The notes beneath the pieces are model-generated. The model saw nothing but the letters and a program-made list of their open reading frames with translations, ran no database searches and was not told the origin of the DNA. From positions 11,381 through 75,380 of IMG/VR virus record IMGVR_UViG_2974528942_000001: a DNA stretch of 64,000 nucleotides. One strand, given 5' to 3'. This DNA comes from a virus. Its lineage: Duplodnaviria; Caudoviricetes. Every line of letters starts with the position of its first letter. The first letter of the stretch is position 1. The position numbers were made by a program, and so were the translations under genes. This document shows, piece by piece, positions 28,548 to 37,367 of the stretch.

Positions 28548-29185
28548 GTGTCGCGATCATCGGAGCGATCGCCCGCGAGAACGTCCGGCTCGGTGGCATC
28601 AGTCGGTACACGCAGGGCTGGGAGACGCGCGGCAACGGACAGCGCTCGAACTACGGCGGCATCCTGCTGCACCACACCGCAGGTGGGCGCAACGTCAACA
28701 TCGACCAGATCTTGATCAACGGACGCTGGGACCTCGCCGGCCCGCTGTGCAACTTCTGCATCATGTACGATGGAGACATCGGCGTGATCGCAGCTCATCC
28801 GGCGAACCACGCCGGTGCATCAGGTGGCTGGGACACCAGCCCCTTCGCTCGCACCGGACTGTTCAACAGTCAGATCATTGGCGTCGAGATTCAATACCCA
28901 GGCACCGAGCCCATGGCACAGGTGCAGTACGAAGCTGCCAAGCGTCTGACCAACGCCACGCTGAATGTGCTGGGCAAGCCTCGCGACTATCGCTGGGCAA
29001 AGTTCCATCAGGGCACCAGCATCGAGGGCAAGTGGGATCCTGGCTACCACCCCTCCGGCAAGACCTACAGCATCGCACAGTTCCGCAAGGACTGCGCGGG
29101 CATGCCAGCAGCGGCGGGCGAGAACCCCGACTCCCCGACCTGGCAGGACAACAGGTTCCAGCTGCTCGGTTCGAAGGCTGCGTGA
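28544..29185 (+). CDS. lysA: Endolysin (lysin A), N-acetylmuramoyl-L-alanine amidase domain
   Basis: Amidase_2 motifs LLHHTAG, ANHAG, IGVEI, H...GKWDPG. Confidence 0.85.
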   Translation: MSVAIIGAIARENVRLGGISRYTQGWETRGNGQRSNYGGILLHHTAGGRNVNIDQILINGRWDLAGPLCNFCIMYDGDIGVIAAHPANHAGASGGWDTSPFARTGLFNSQIIGVEIQYPGTEPMAQVQYEAAKRLTNATLNVLGKPRDYRWAKFHQGTSIEGKWDPGYHPSGKTYSIAQFRKDCAGMPAAAGENPDSPTWQDNRFQLLGSKAA

Positions 29186-30039
29186 TGGTTACTCGATACC
29201 ACCCCATGAAGAAGGGGTACATCATCACCAGCCCTTTCGGGTGGCGTGACTTCGACAAGGCCGTGCATCAGGGTATCGACTTCGGTCACCCCGACGGCTC
29301 GGGTGGTATGCCAGTGTTCGCCGTCCAGGCGGGTACGGTCATCATGGCTGGTACCGCTCAGGGCTACGGTGGGCCTGATCCGCACGGCTGGCTCGTCATC
29401 GACTCGGACGACAGTCAGGGCTCGGGCGTGTTCGAGTACGGACACATCACCCGACTGCCCTCGATCACGGTCGGCACCAAGGTCAAGGCCGGTCAGCGCA
29501 TTGCGACGATCAACCCGAACCGCTCGACCAACGGTGGCACTGCACCTCACGTGCATATCAGCTACATGCCTTACGAGTACAACCCGAACAAGAAGCAGAA
29601 CTGGTCCGGCAAGCTTGCCGGTGCGCTGTACCCGGATGCTCCGGCACCCGCGCCAGCACCGGCACCAACCCCACCGAAGGAGACTCCAGTGGCAGCAGCA
29701 GATGACGTGAAGCTTCAGCTTCGCGGACCCAAGGACAACGGCTGGCCTCAGCTCGCGGCACAGCCCGACGACGATGGCGTGCGCTTCTCCCCGACTCACA
29801 ACGGGCACCGCGACGCACTGTCGCTCGTCGACGGACTCGCGGTCGTGATCAAGGAGGTCACCCTCCGACTCCCGCGCGCAACGCGGGGTGTCCGCGACTA
29901 TCTCTCCCGCAAGGGCGACACGGTCGCAGGCAACGCGGCCAACGCAGCGGCCATCGCCTACGAGAACAACGTGATGCTCAAGGCCTTGTGTCGCAAGGAG
30001 GGCATCGCGCTCGAGAGCTTGACCGACCTGGAGCGATAG
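29185..30039 (+). CDS. lysA: Endolysin (lysin A), M23 peptidase plus cell-wall-binding domain
   Basis: ATG 29185 overlaps the amidase TGA; ITSPFG, HQGIDFG, YGH, PHVH motifs; C-terminal QLRGP..GWPQL. Confidence 0.85.
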   Translation: MVTRYHPMKKGYIITSPFGWRDFDKAVHQGIDFGHPDGSGGMPVFAVQAGTVIMAGTAQGYGGPDPHGWLVIDSDDSQGSGVFEYGHITRLPSITVGTKVKAGQRIATINPNRSTNGGTAPHVHISYMPYEYNPNKKQNWSGKLAGALYPDAPAPAPAPAPTPPKETPVAAADDVKLQLRGPKDNGWPQLAAQPDDDGVRFSPTHNGHRDALSLVDGLAVVIKEVTLRLPRATRGVRDYLSRKGDTVAGNAANAAAIAYENNVMLKALCRKEGIALESLTDLER

Positions 30040-30041
30040 AC

Positions 30042-30494
30042 ATGAGGTCTCCGCTACAACACAAGCTGCACGCGGACGACATCACCAACAGGGACACTGT
30101 TCAAGACCTGACGGGGCTGTTCGGGATTCTTGCAACAGCTTCGGGGTTGTCCCTGGTCATCCAGGGTGAGGCCATCTGGGCACTCGGTGTCTACGATACC
30201 GCCAAGACGCTGCCCCAGTCACCCGAGTCGTGGGGACTGATCGCCATTCTTGCTGGCGTTCTCATGTTCGTCGGCATGTACTGGGGCAAGCGAAAGACGA
30301 TGAAGGCGGGGGCTTGCATCGCGGGACTGTGGAACTTCTTCTTCGCGTTGAGCTTCTGTGACGAAGCCTACAAAGGCAACATTGCCTGGCAGCCTGTGAT
30401 CCTCTATCTCATAACAGCACTCGTGTATGCGGTGCTGTTCTACACCTACAAGGGGTCCAATGCCGTACAGCGAACTGAGGCACGACAGTCGTAA
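30042..30494 (+). CDS. Multi-pass membrane protein (lysis cassette)
   Basis: About 4 hydrophobic segments; ATG 2 nt after the M23 stop. Confidence 0.7.
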   Translation: MRSPLQHKLHADDITNRDTVQDLTGLFGILATASGLSLVIQGEAIWALGVYDTAKTLPQSPESWGLIAILAGVLMFVGMYWGKRKTMKAGACIAGLWNFFFALSFCDEAYKGNIAWQPVILYLITALVYAVLFYTYKGSNAVQRTEARQS

Positions 30495-30936
30495 CCCATT
30501 CCAGTGGGCCGTGATCGCGGGCATCTGGGCTTATAGCATAGTCCAGATTCTCACCGACACATGGCCCGGGCAGATCGAAGAAAATACGAACCAGTTGTTC
30601 AGGTGGATGTGGGGAGGCACTCTTACCCTGGGCGCTACACTGGCTCTCGTTGGCATGTCGTACTCGATCGTACTGAGCCAGCGCAAGCTAGGCAACAAGA
30701 CATCTAAGGGCCTCCCACTCGAGGCCGGCGGATTGTACTGGTTCGGTCTTTGTCTCGGCATCTATGCCGGAACGCTTTACTTGAACGGCAAGGCAAGTGC
30801 CATCCTCGCTGCCATCATGTTCTCCGTGGCGGCGGTGGCGGCAATCATCAGGGGGGTTTGGATACAGAGAGGCTTGCGTCGAGTGGGACGCGGTGAACCA
30901 GCATCTGGAAAGACTCCAGTGCTACCCCGAGAGTAG
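30460..30936 (+). CDS. Multi-pass membrane protein (lysis cassette)
   Basis: About 4 hydrophobic segments; AAGGGG RBS before ATG 30460. Confidence 0.7.
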   Translation: MPYSELRHDSRNPFQWAVIAGIWAYSIVQILTDTWPGQIEENTNQLFRWMWGGTLTLGATLALVGMSYSIVLSQRKLGNKTSKGLPLEAGGLYWFGLCLGIYAGTLYLNGKASAILAAIMFSVAAVAAIIRGVWIQRGLRRVGRGEPASGKTPVLPRE

Positions 30937-30945
30937 GATACCGCC

Positions 30946-31341
30946 GTGGAGTTCAACCTGGAGTTCTGGGTTCAAACTGCTATCACACTTGCGCTTGGCA
31001 CCGGCGGAGTCAGCGTTTTCACTGTATGGAGAGACGGGCGTAAGGCAGAAGCCGAGACCAAAAAGACCAACTCGGAAGCGACCGGCACCGACGCGAACAC
31101 TGCACTTACCAACCAGCAGTGGATGAGTGAAGAGATTGGCCGACTGAAGGAGGCGCGCGAGGAGGAGGGGAAGATCTCCCTCACTCGCAAGCGCGCCGGA
31201 TCGAAGTTGTACCGCTACATGGTGAATCATGAGACCTGGGATAACCAGGTGATTGAGGAGCTTGCGAAGGTCGGAGTTACTATCCCCCGACCTCCGCACC
31301 TGCAGCTGACGCAGGAAGAGTTGGACGCCCTAGAAGTTTAA
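30946..31341 (+). CDS. Single-TM coiled-coil membrane protein (lysis accessory)
   Basis: N-terminal TM followed by a charged helix; last gene on the + strand. Confidence 0.7.
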   Translation: MEFNLEFWVQTAITLALGTGGVSVFTVWRDGRKAEAETKKTNSEATGTDANTALTNQQWMSEEIGRLKEAREEEGKISLTRKRAGSKLYRYMVNHETWDNQVIEELAKVGVTIPRPPHLQLTQEELDALEV

Positions 31342-31488
31342 CGGCGATCCCTGCTGCGGGCTGGGGAGGGCACTCGTTGATGTCCAGACGTGGTGCTCAC
31401 CCTCTGGGCACGGGTACCCCGAGTCCTCCCCACCCCGTAGACAGTCACAGTTCTTGCAGTACTCGATGCGAGGCTGGTTCTTCTTCAC
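31330..31488 (-). CDS. Small Cys/His protein (52 aa)
   Basis: GTGA overlap with the Cas4-like gene; MKKNQPRIEYCKNCDC...CPEGEHH. Confidence 0.5.
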   Translation of the reverse strand: MKKNQPRIEYCKNCDCLRGGEDSGYPCPEGEHHVWTSTSALPSPQQGSPLNF

Positions 31489-32690
31489 GTGCCCACCTTC
31501 TTCTCCTTGATGATTCGAGCGGTCACCTTTGGCCGCGGTTCACTGACCTTCGTGTTGGTGCATCCCCGCAGTAAAGACTTCTGAATGGAGTCCAGGTCGG
31601 ACCCCTTCAGCATCTTCTCGATGTTGGCCTTGGTGCACTTGCCGCCGATCGAGTTAAAGAGCTCCTCGCCGATGATGCCCTTCACCTGGACGGGGTCGTA
31701 GCTAGATCGAGTCTGCGAGATCATCTCGACATGGAAGTCTTCCGTATCGTAGCTGATCTCGTCGGTCTCCATTGCGTCCGCGATCATGAGGTTGTCGATC
31801 TCTTCGAGCGCGTACTTGAGCTGCTTCATGCCCGACTCCAGTTCGAGCCGTTTCTGGGCCAGCAGGTTGCGATCTCCTGCTAGATACATGAGCCCGCCAC
31901 CATCGGCGTTGCGTTGCCATGCAGTACAGGTGGCCTTGATGGGGCAGAACATGCACCCCTTGCCGAGCTGTCGCTGCCCCTTGCCGGTGGTAGCGAGTAT
32001 GCGCTCGGCAGTGTCCTTGACGTAGCGCCAGGTGATGACGTTATCGTCCCTGGAGAAGTGAACCTCGACCGGACCGTAGCGGAGCAGGTAGAACTGCACC
32101 CAGATTTCATCGGGGTCGAGGTCTTTGTACTCTGCCTGCGCAGCCATACCGTACATGCGAGCCTGGACTCGCTGCATCAGCTGCTCAGGGGAGATAGGTT
32201 CTCGCACGGTCTTGTAATCGACCACGCGAATGATGACCTTGCCATCCTCCTTGATCAGATCGACCCGGTCGAAAATGAAGTTCATTCTCTTGGGGCCGTC
32301 GGAGGTCTTGATCATCATGTGCATCTTCTCTTCGACCTGCATGACTTCCACGCTGGGGTCGAGGAGTTCTCCGATTCGATCGTGCCAACGCTGAAGCATG
32401 TCCTTGCCGTCGGCGTACAGCGGATTCGACATCGAAGGCATCTCGCGAAGATGCTTCACGAAGGATACATCAAAGAGTGCGAACAACCTGTCCTCATCGA
32501 CCTCGTGAGTCTTGTCGATGAACACCTCTTTGACGTAGAGTTCGAGTGGCTCGTGGACAGCGCTGCCCAGCAGAGCGGGCTTGGATGAGCTACCCACCCT
32601 GGGCAAACGCTCGACATACTCGGCGTGCCAGCCGCGCGGGCACTCCTCAAACTTAGTCAGCGAGGACGCCGAGATGGTCTTCAGTTCCAC
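31485..32690 (-). CDS. Cas4/RecB-family PD-(D/E)XK exonuclease
   Basis: SASSL..FEECP, FDRVD, VVDYKT and CMFCPIKATC (1+3 Cys Fe-S pattern). Confidence 0.85.
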   Translation of the reverse strand: MELKTISASSLTKFEECPRGWHAEYVERLPRVGSSSKPALLGSAVHEPLELYVKEVFIDKTHEVDEDRLFALFDVSFVKHLREMPSMSNPLYADGKDMLQRWHDRIGELLDPSVEVMQVEEKMHMMIKTSDGPKRMNFIFDRVDLIKEDGKVIIRVVDYKTVREPISPEQLMQRVQARMYGMAAQAEYKDLDPDEIWVQFYLLRYGPVEVHFSRDDNVITWRYVKDTAERILATTGKGQRQLGKGCMFCPIKATCTAWQRNADGGGLMYLAGDRNLLAQKRLELESGMKQLKYALEEIDNLMIADAMETDEISYDTEDFHVEMISQTRSSYDPVQVKGIIGEELFNSIGGKCTKANIEKMLKGSDLDSIQKSLLRGCTNTKVSEPRPKVTARIIKEKKVGT

Positions 32691-32693
32691 GTG

Positions 32694-32894
32694 TCACTCT
32701 CCCTTCTTCCTGCGGTTGGATCGCCCGCCCCAGATTCCATCTGTTGAGCCGGTGACCTTCTTGTGATTCCAGCACTGCTCCGTTACCGGACAGGTGGAGC
32801 AAACCTTCTTCGCACGTTGTGCTCGCGCTGTCTGGCCTGGCCCAGGGAAGAATGCATCGGGGTCTGGATAGTCGATGCAGTTCGCCTGGGCCAC
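32694..32894 (-). CDS. whiB: WhiB-family transcription factor
   Basis: C..D.FFP, CSTCPVTEQC and GIWGG motifs. Confidence 0.9.
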   Translation of the reverse strand: MAQANCIDYPDPDAFFPGPGQTARAQRAKKVCSTCPVTEQCWNHKKVTGSTDGIWGGRSNRRKKGE

Positions 32895-32905
32895 CCAGGA
32901 GAGGT

Positions 32906-33358
32906 CTACTCCTCGCTTTCGGGGAGCCGGGGCGGGGCCGGAGGTGTCACCTTCTCCGCAGATGCAGGCGTCTCCGACACGGTCGGCGCAGGGGAACTCG
33001 GGATCGGCTCCGTCTGCAGCGGCTCGTTCTTCATCTGAGCCACCACCTCCAGCGGGTCTGTCGGCTCCGTCGTCCCGTCCGGCGAGAGTTCGGCAGATTC
33101 CGGTACATCTAAAGGGGTCCGGCCTCCGGCGGACTGGCGCTGCATTTCCGCCTCGAATCCAGTCTTCGCCGGGACGGTGGCTGCCACAACTTCGGCAGCC
33201 CTCTGCTCGGCTTCGCGTGCCGCCTTCGCCTGGGCGGCGAACTCGGACTGGAATGCGGTGGGAACTTCTGGTGCAGCAGGCCCAACAGTCGGGGGGGCGG
33301 TCCGAAAGTCAACATCGAGGTTGTCTTTGATACCACTGATGGGGTGCTTGTGTTCCAT
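32906..33358 (-). CDS. Pro/Ala/Glu-rich hypothetical protein
   Basis: AGGAG RBS; 150 aa. Confidence 0.7.
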   Translation of the reverse strand: MEHKHPISGIKDNLDVDFRTAPPTVGPAAPEVPTAFQSEFAAQAKAAREAEQRAAEVVAATVPAKTGFEAEMQRQSAGGRTPLDVPESAELSPDGTTEPTDPLEVVAQMKNEPLQTEPIPSSPAPTVSETPASAEKVTPPAPPRLPESEE

Positions 33359-33392
33359 TGTGAGTGTTCTCCTAAGGTGGGTAGGGGGATAC

Positions 33393-33410
33393 CGTGGTGC
33401 TATCCTAGCA
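33393..33410 (-). promoter_or_regulatory. Extended -10 promoter TGcTAGGAT followed by AGCACCAC
   Basis: Minus strand reads gcTAGGATAGCACCAC, parallel to the lysis promoter gcTAGCATGGCACCAT. Confidence 0.5.
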
Positions 33411-33444
33411 TGGGCTTGTCACCCGCGCTAGATGGGACTTTCGT

Positions 33445-33558
33445 TTACTCTTTCTTCTCCTTATCCTTGAACTTGCGTACCGAGTCGAGGACTGTGTCCA
33501 CCACAAAGCACGCACCTGCCATGATGATGAGAATCTGAAACACCAGTGACCAGCTCAT
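33445..33558 (-). CDS. Small membrane protein (37 aa)
   Basis: ATGA overlap; MSWSLVFQILIIMAGACFVVD plus basic tail. Confidence 0.6.
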   Translation of the reverse strand: MSWSLVFQILIIMAGACFVVDTVLDSVRKFKDKEKKE

Positions 33559-34271
33559 TCGTCCCACAGGCTCCCTTCCTGTTCTTCCAACTTCTTCTTT
33601 GACTTCTCGAACCGCTCGGGATCGAGTTCGATCGCAACGGCGTTCCGCCCCGCGTTGCGCGCGGCCCGGACAAGGCTGCCCGAACCACCAAAGGGGTCGA
33701 CGATGAACTCGCCGGGTTGCGTGGAGTGCTTGATCAGGATTTCAAGCAGTCCCTCCGGCTTCTCGTGGGGGTGGATCAGCTTGTTGGGCCGCAGCTGGGG
33801 GAAGTGGATCACTCCATTGCGCCGCTTGGAGTGAATCGGCACCCGACCCTTCTTCAGGAAGATGATGAACTCGTGGCCCTGACCCCAAGAATCGAGATCC
33901 CCCATACCTGGTCCGTCTTTTTCCCAGACAAGGACAGCCTTGCGCTCAAAACCGTGCCGGGCACCCAGCTCATCGAGAGCCGAAAGCCATTCCTTGAGGA
34001 CTTGATACGCGGTGAAGACATAAAGGTCGCAGTCATCTGCCGTCTTAGGCAGGAGCACGTCCATGACTTCGTTGAAGAGCTTGAGGGCAACTTCAGGAGA
34101 CTCGTCATTCTTGATCTTAGTGGCATGCTTCTTGCCGGCCTCCGTCTTTGCCATGTTGGACTGATTGTCGACCCCAAAGGGCGGGTCAGTGATGATGCAG
34201 TTGACCCGCCCCGGCTTGAACTTCTGACACAGTTCGACAGAATCTCCAAGCCACATCTCATGTATCTTCAC
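33555..34271 (-). CDS. Orphan DNA methyltransferase (N6A/N4C, beta class)
   Basis: Motif IV DPPF precedes motif I DPFGGSGS; HPHEKP. Confidence 0.9.
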   Translation of the reverse strand: MKIHEMWLGDSVELCQKFKPGRVNCIITDPPFGVDNQSNMAKTEAGKKHATKIKNDESPEVALKLFNEVMDVLLPKTADDCDLYVFTAYQVLKEWLSALDELGARHGFERKAVLVWEKDGPGMGDLDSWGQGHEFIIFLKKGRVPIHSKRRNGVIHFPQLRPNKLIHPHEKPEGLLEILIKHSTQPGEFIVDPFGGSGSLVRAARNAGRNAVAIELDPERFEKSKKKLEEQEGSLWDE

Positions 34272-34525
34272 TTCACCCCGTATTCCTCTTCGTCGTCGAA
34301 TCCGACCGCTTCAGCCTCGACCGAATCGAGCTTGAATCCCCATGCAGTGATCTGATTGACGATCGCCTGCAGTCCGTCGACGTTCTCCATCTCGGTCATG
34401 ACCTCTTCGGAGCAGACCTCGGCCAACTCCTCGGGGCTGATCTCCTCGCCAGGCGACAAATCGAGTACTCCGTCGTCGACCTCCACCTTACCGTCCTTCA
34501 GGTGGAGTACCAAATGCAGTTCCAT
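34268..34525 (-). CDS. Acidic hypothetical protein (85 aa)
   Basis: GGAGG RBS; coupled to neighbouring genes. Confidence 0.7.
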   Translation of the reverse strand: MELHLVLHLKDGKVEVDDGVLDLSPGEEISPEELAEVCSEEVMTEMENVDGLQAIVNQITAWGFKLDSVEAEAVGFDDEEEYGVK

Positions 34526-34534
34526 GCCATCCTC

Positions 34535-35362
34535 CTAGATGAGTTCGAGTTCTTCTTTGATGGTGTTGGCTATGTATCTTGGCACCGTCAAGCCGGGCTT
34601 GATCTCGTAGTTCACGTAGTGACCGTGAACTCCAGTGCGGAGGTAGAAGGCCACCGCCTGCCCGGTGAGGTCAGCCCGCCGACGGAACTCGAAGAATCCA
34701 CGGATGCCGGGGAACTTCTTGCGAATGTCGTTGTACAGACCACGGTCAGCGTGGTACTTACCGAGAGCGTACGCCACCCACTGGTCGGGGCGACCGACCC
34801 AGAACTTGATCAGGTACGGAGCGAGCTCGGGCAACAGTGAATCCGTCTTGACTGTGGTGGCGATGAGGTCTCCACGGATCGCGAACTGGTGAACTCGATC
34901 TTCGACCGTGCCCCACGAACCTCGCCCGCCAAGGATGCCCTCGCCTGCGATGGTTCCGCCCACTCGATCACGGCCATCTCGTCGAGGATCGGACAGTCCG
35001 AAGTACCCGATGAACTTCTTTCCGTCCAGGGGGAGGGTGCCGAGGCCGATCTCCTGCGCGATGTTGCCCGCGATCCAGGCACCCTGCGAGTATCCGACGA
35101 GTGCGAACGCTGCACCGGGGGGCAGTGCGGCGATCGCGTGCTGCAGTTTGGTCTCGCCATCCTTGACGCTGTCCACGGCGGCGGCTTCACCACCGAAGCG
35201 GGCGAGGTATCCGATCGACCTGCAGTAGATTCGGTAGCCGTTGTAAGCGCCCGGCAGCTGATCGACCACCTGCTTGAGTAGACCCTCGGGTTCGCGCAGG
35301 CTGTTGGACGATTGCGTTTCCCAGGTGCCCGGCACCAGGATGACATAGAGGATCTTGCTCAC
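34535..35362 (-). CDS. lysB: Lysin B (cutinase-like mycolyl esterase)
   Basis: VPGTWE, GYSQGA nucleophile elbow, DPRR, GDLIA, C-terminal His. Confidence 0.8.
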   Translation of the reverse strand: MSKILYVILVPGTWETQSSNSLREPEGLLKQVVDQLPGAYNGYRIYCRSIGYLARFGGEAAAVDSVKDGETKLQHAIAALPPGAAFALVGYSQGAWIAGNIAQEIGLGTLPLDGKKFIGYFGLSDPRRDGRDRVGGTIAGEGILGGRGSWGTVEDRVHQFAIRGDLIATTVKTDSLLPELAPYLIKFWVGRPDQWVAYALGKYHADRGLYNDIRKKFPGIRGFFEFRRRADLTGQAVAFYLRTGVHGHYVNYEIKPGLTVPRYIANTIKEELELI

Positions 35363-35363
35363 G

Positions 35364-35858
35364 TCAGTACTTCTTTCCGTGCTTGTAGGGGCGGGTGAAG
35401 TTGTACCTGATCTTGCGGATCAGTGCCTGCCCGAGCTGGCGATCCTTGATCCGAGCACGGGATGAGTCCGCGATCCGCACGAACACGTCAGCGAGCTCGG
35501 TTGCCGCGCCCTCGGGCTTGCGGAGCACGAGGTGCATGTCGTCATCGGGGTGGGTACTCGTCGGCAATCGGTGAATGCCCTCGACATTCTTGTCCGAGTA
35601 CCACAGTGCGGGGCGACCGGCACGGTCCTCTTCGAGTGCTTCGCTGACCTCACTGTGGATGAGGGCGATCTCCTCGGGGAAGCCGCGCTCGGACTCGTGA
35701 AATCCGTGCGACTCGGTGATTCGCCAGCAGGCTTCCTCGAGTACCGCTATGGCGTCGATGATCAGCTGCTCGCCATCGTCGGTGAGTTGGCCGTCCTCGA
35801 GAACGAAGGCTTCCATCTCTGCCTTGGTGGGCGGCTGCGGCACGTACTTGGGGTCCAT
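35364..35858 (-). CDS. MazG-like nucleotide pyrophosphohydrolase
   Basis: EEIALIHSEVSEALEEDR and ELADVFVRIAD. Confidence 0.85.
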   Translation of the reverse strand: MDPKYVPQPPTKAEMEAFVLEDGQLTDDGEQLIIDAIAVLEEACWRITESHGFHESERGFPEEIALIHSEVSEALEEDRAGRPALWYSDKNVEGIHRLPTSTHPDDDMHLVLRKPEGAATELADVFVRIADSSRARIKDRQLGQALIRKIRYNFTRPYKHGKKY

Positions 35859-36311
35859 CTACTTGCTCCTTTTACTCTGACCGGAGGGTCCGGTCGGGGG
35901 TCTGCGGGACTGGGCTTGCTTCATAGCTGCGCGCTGCTTGAAGGCTTGAACGTAGGGCGAGTCTAGTCCGCTTGTGGTGCCGTCGCGGTGACGCACAACC
36001 TTCCACTGCTTTGCGGAATTGAGACGGGGCCTGTATAGGATTGGATTCTTTTTGTCCATCTTCCGGCATCGGCGCTTATGACTTGGACTTAAGTATGGAT
36101 ACCTGATCCAGCGAGGATCGAAGGCTCCCCCCACCACCATCCATAAGTCCCAGCACTGATCACATCGCCAGACAGAACCCACGCCCTCGGCGGCTCCGTG
36201 AACATTCCCCAGGTCACTCCAGGGACGCCACTCGCCTTCGGGAACCGGCTTCTGTGGCGGCTCGCATTGGTGCGGCTTGGGCTTCAATGGCTCTTTTCCA
36301 AGTACAACCAT
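35859..36311 (-). CDS. Hypothetical protein (150 aa, WRCDQC)
   Basis: TGATG overlap with the RusA stop; C-terminal part of the listed 446-aa ORF. Confidence 0.55.
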   Translation of the reverse strand: MVVLGKEPLKPKPHQCEPPQKPVPEGEWRPWSDLGNVHGAAEGVGSVWRCDQCWDLWMVVGGAFDPRWIRYPYLSPSHKRRCRKMDKKNPILYRPRLNSAKQWKVVRHRDGTTSGLDSPYVQAFKQRAAMKQAQSRRPPTGPSGQSKRSK

Positions 36312-36847
36312 CACGGCTCCCAGGTATTGTCGATGATCTCGGGTCTCAAGAACTCTTGGAACACCCGCTTGAGTTCTTCCTGTGCCGGATCGCCAAGCGG
36401 CGGGTCGAGTTCGTACGTCTCCAACTGCGACCACACCTCGATGATCACGTACGGCACAGTCGAGACCATCTGCGGCCCGGCGAGCCGCCCGCCGACGTCG
36501 ATCACGTCCCGGTCGTTGCCGATTGCCACCCCCTGTAGGGCATCCTCCGTGGCTTTCTGCATGTTTGTGGTGTCCGCGACATGCGACGTTGAAGTAGACG
36601 TCCGGTTGACTGCGATCTCCAGTTGTCGGCTGAAGGTGAACCGCAGTCTGTACATGCCAGGCTCGACCTGAACGTCCCGAGCTTGCAGCTCCGCGCGCAC
36701 CGCGTCCTGGTAGGCCTTGAGCTGTCGATTCGGGCTGTACTTGGGCCAGTGCTTTTTGGTCTTGGGGTTGTAGATCATCGTCGGCTTGCCCATGGCCCAC
36801 GGTTCTGGGTTCAGTCCGACGCCCCAGACCCTGTAAGTTGCAGTCAT
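36311..36847 (-). CDS. rusA: RusA-like Holliday junction resolvase
   Basis: DTTNMQKATEDALQG...NDRDV resembles the RusA catalytic segment; ATGA start at 36847. Confidence 0.7.
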   Translation of the reverse strand: MTATYRVWGVGLNPEPWAMGKPTMIYNPKTKKHWPKYSPNRQLKAYQDAVRAELQARDVQVEPGMYRLRFTFSRQLEIAVNRTSTSTSHVADTTNMQKATEDALQGVAIGNDRDVIDVGGRLAGPQMVSTVPYVIIEVWSQLETYELDPPLGDPAQEELKRVFQEFLRPEIIDNTWEP

Positions 36848-37212
36848 TCTGGCACCTGACTGCCCCAGGTGTACGCACGCTCGAGCTTGGTGTCCTCGTG
36901 AATGCGATACACCTTGAACTTGAGGTGATGTGCGACATGCAGTTCGAGTCGGGCACCCCGCGACTTGGTCCAGCCAGGCATGAGCGCAATCCGCTCGCAC
37001 AGGAGCAGGCCGTTGCGCAGATCGTTGCGCAGATACTCGTGCCACTCGAGGCGACCGATGTGCTCGGGGTTCTCCTCATGGATCTTGCGGGTGAGGTCGG
37101 CCGGACTGTGGACCTCGTAGCCCCGATCTCGCAGCGCCTTGGAGTACCGATCGAACTCGGGGATATTGTAGTTCTCGATCCCCGACATCGGACCTGCAAG
37201 ATAGATGTTCAC
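36844..37212 (-). CDS. DUF4406/nucleoside 2-deoxyribosyltransferase-like protein
   Basis: IYLAGPMSG, F..Y...L...G..V.SPA, MPGW.KS.GARLE. Confidence 0.8.
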   Translation of the reverse strand: MNIYLAGPMSGIENYNIPEFDRYSKALRDRGYEVHSPADLTRKIHEENPEHIGRLEWHEYLRNDLRNGLLLCERIALMPGWTKSRGARLELHVAHHLKFKVYRIHEDTKLERAYTWGSQVPE

Positions 37213-37367
37213 GGTAGGTATCTCCTTACTTGTACATCTTTGCCGGCTTTAACCCCTTCGCGGTACGCTCGCCAGGCCTTCCATGCCGAGTCTCCTGCGT
37301 AAGTGGTATCCCATGCGGCGCCTCGTGGAAAGGTATTCCACACACTGACGATGAACTTCACACTCAC
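37209..37367 (-). CDS. Small Trp-rich hypothetical protein (~52 aa)
   Basis: GTGA overlaps at both ends; fills the gap between dnaN and DUF4406. Confidence 0.55.
   Translation of the reverse strand: MSVKFIVSVWNTFPRGAAWDTTYAGDSAWKAWRAYREGVKAGKDVQVRRYLP

Noticed and set aside
28747-30039. 430-aa ORF as a fused or frameshifted endolysin
   Set aside because: The upstream 146 codons overlap the amidase in another frame; the M23 gene has a clean TGATG-coupled start at 29185.
31485-32690. Cas4-like nuclease as part of a CRISPR system
   Set aside because: No cas1/cas2 and no repeat-spacer array in the window; solo Cas4-family exonucleases are common in actinophages.
35859-37199. 446-aa minus-strand ORF
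   Set aside because: Its N-terminal two thirds overlap the RusA and DUF4406 genes out of frame; only 35859-36311 looks like a gene.
35364-37212. Base-modification (e.g. Z-genome) pathway suggested by MazG plus the NDT-like gene
   Set aside because: No PurZ, DatZ, modifying transferase or dedicated polymerase in the window.
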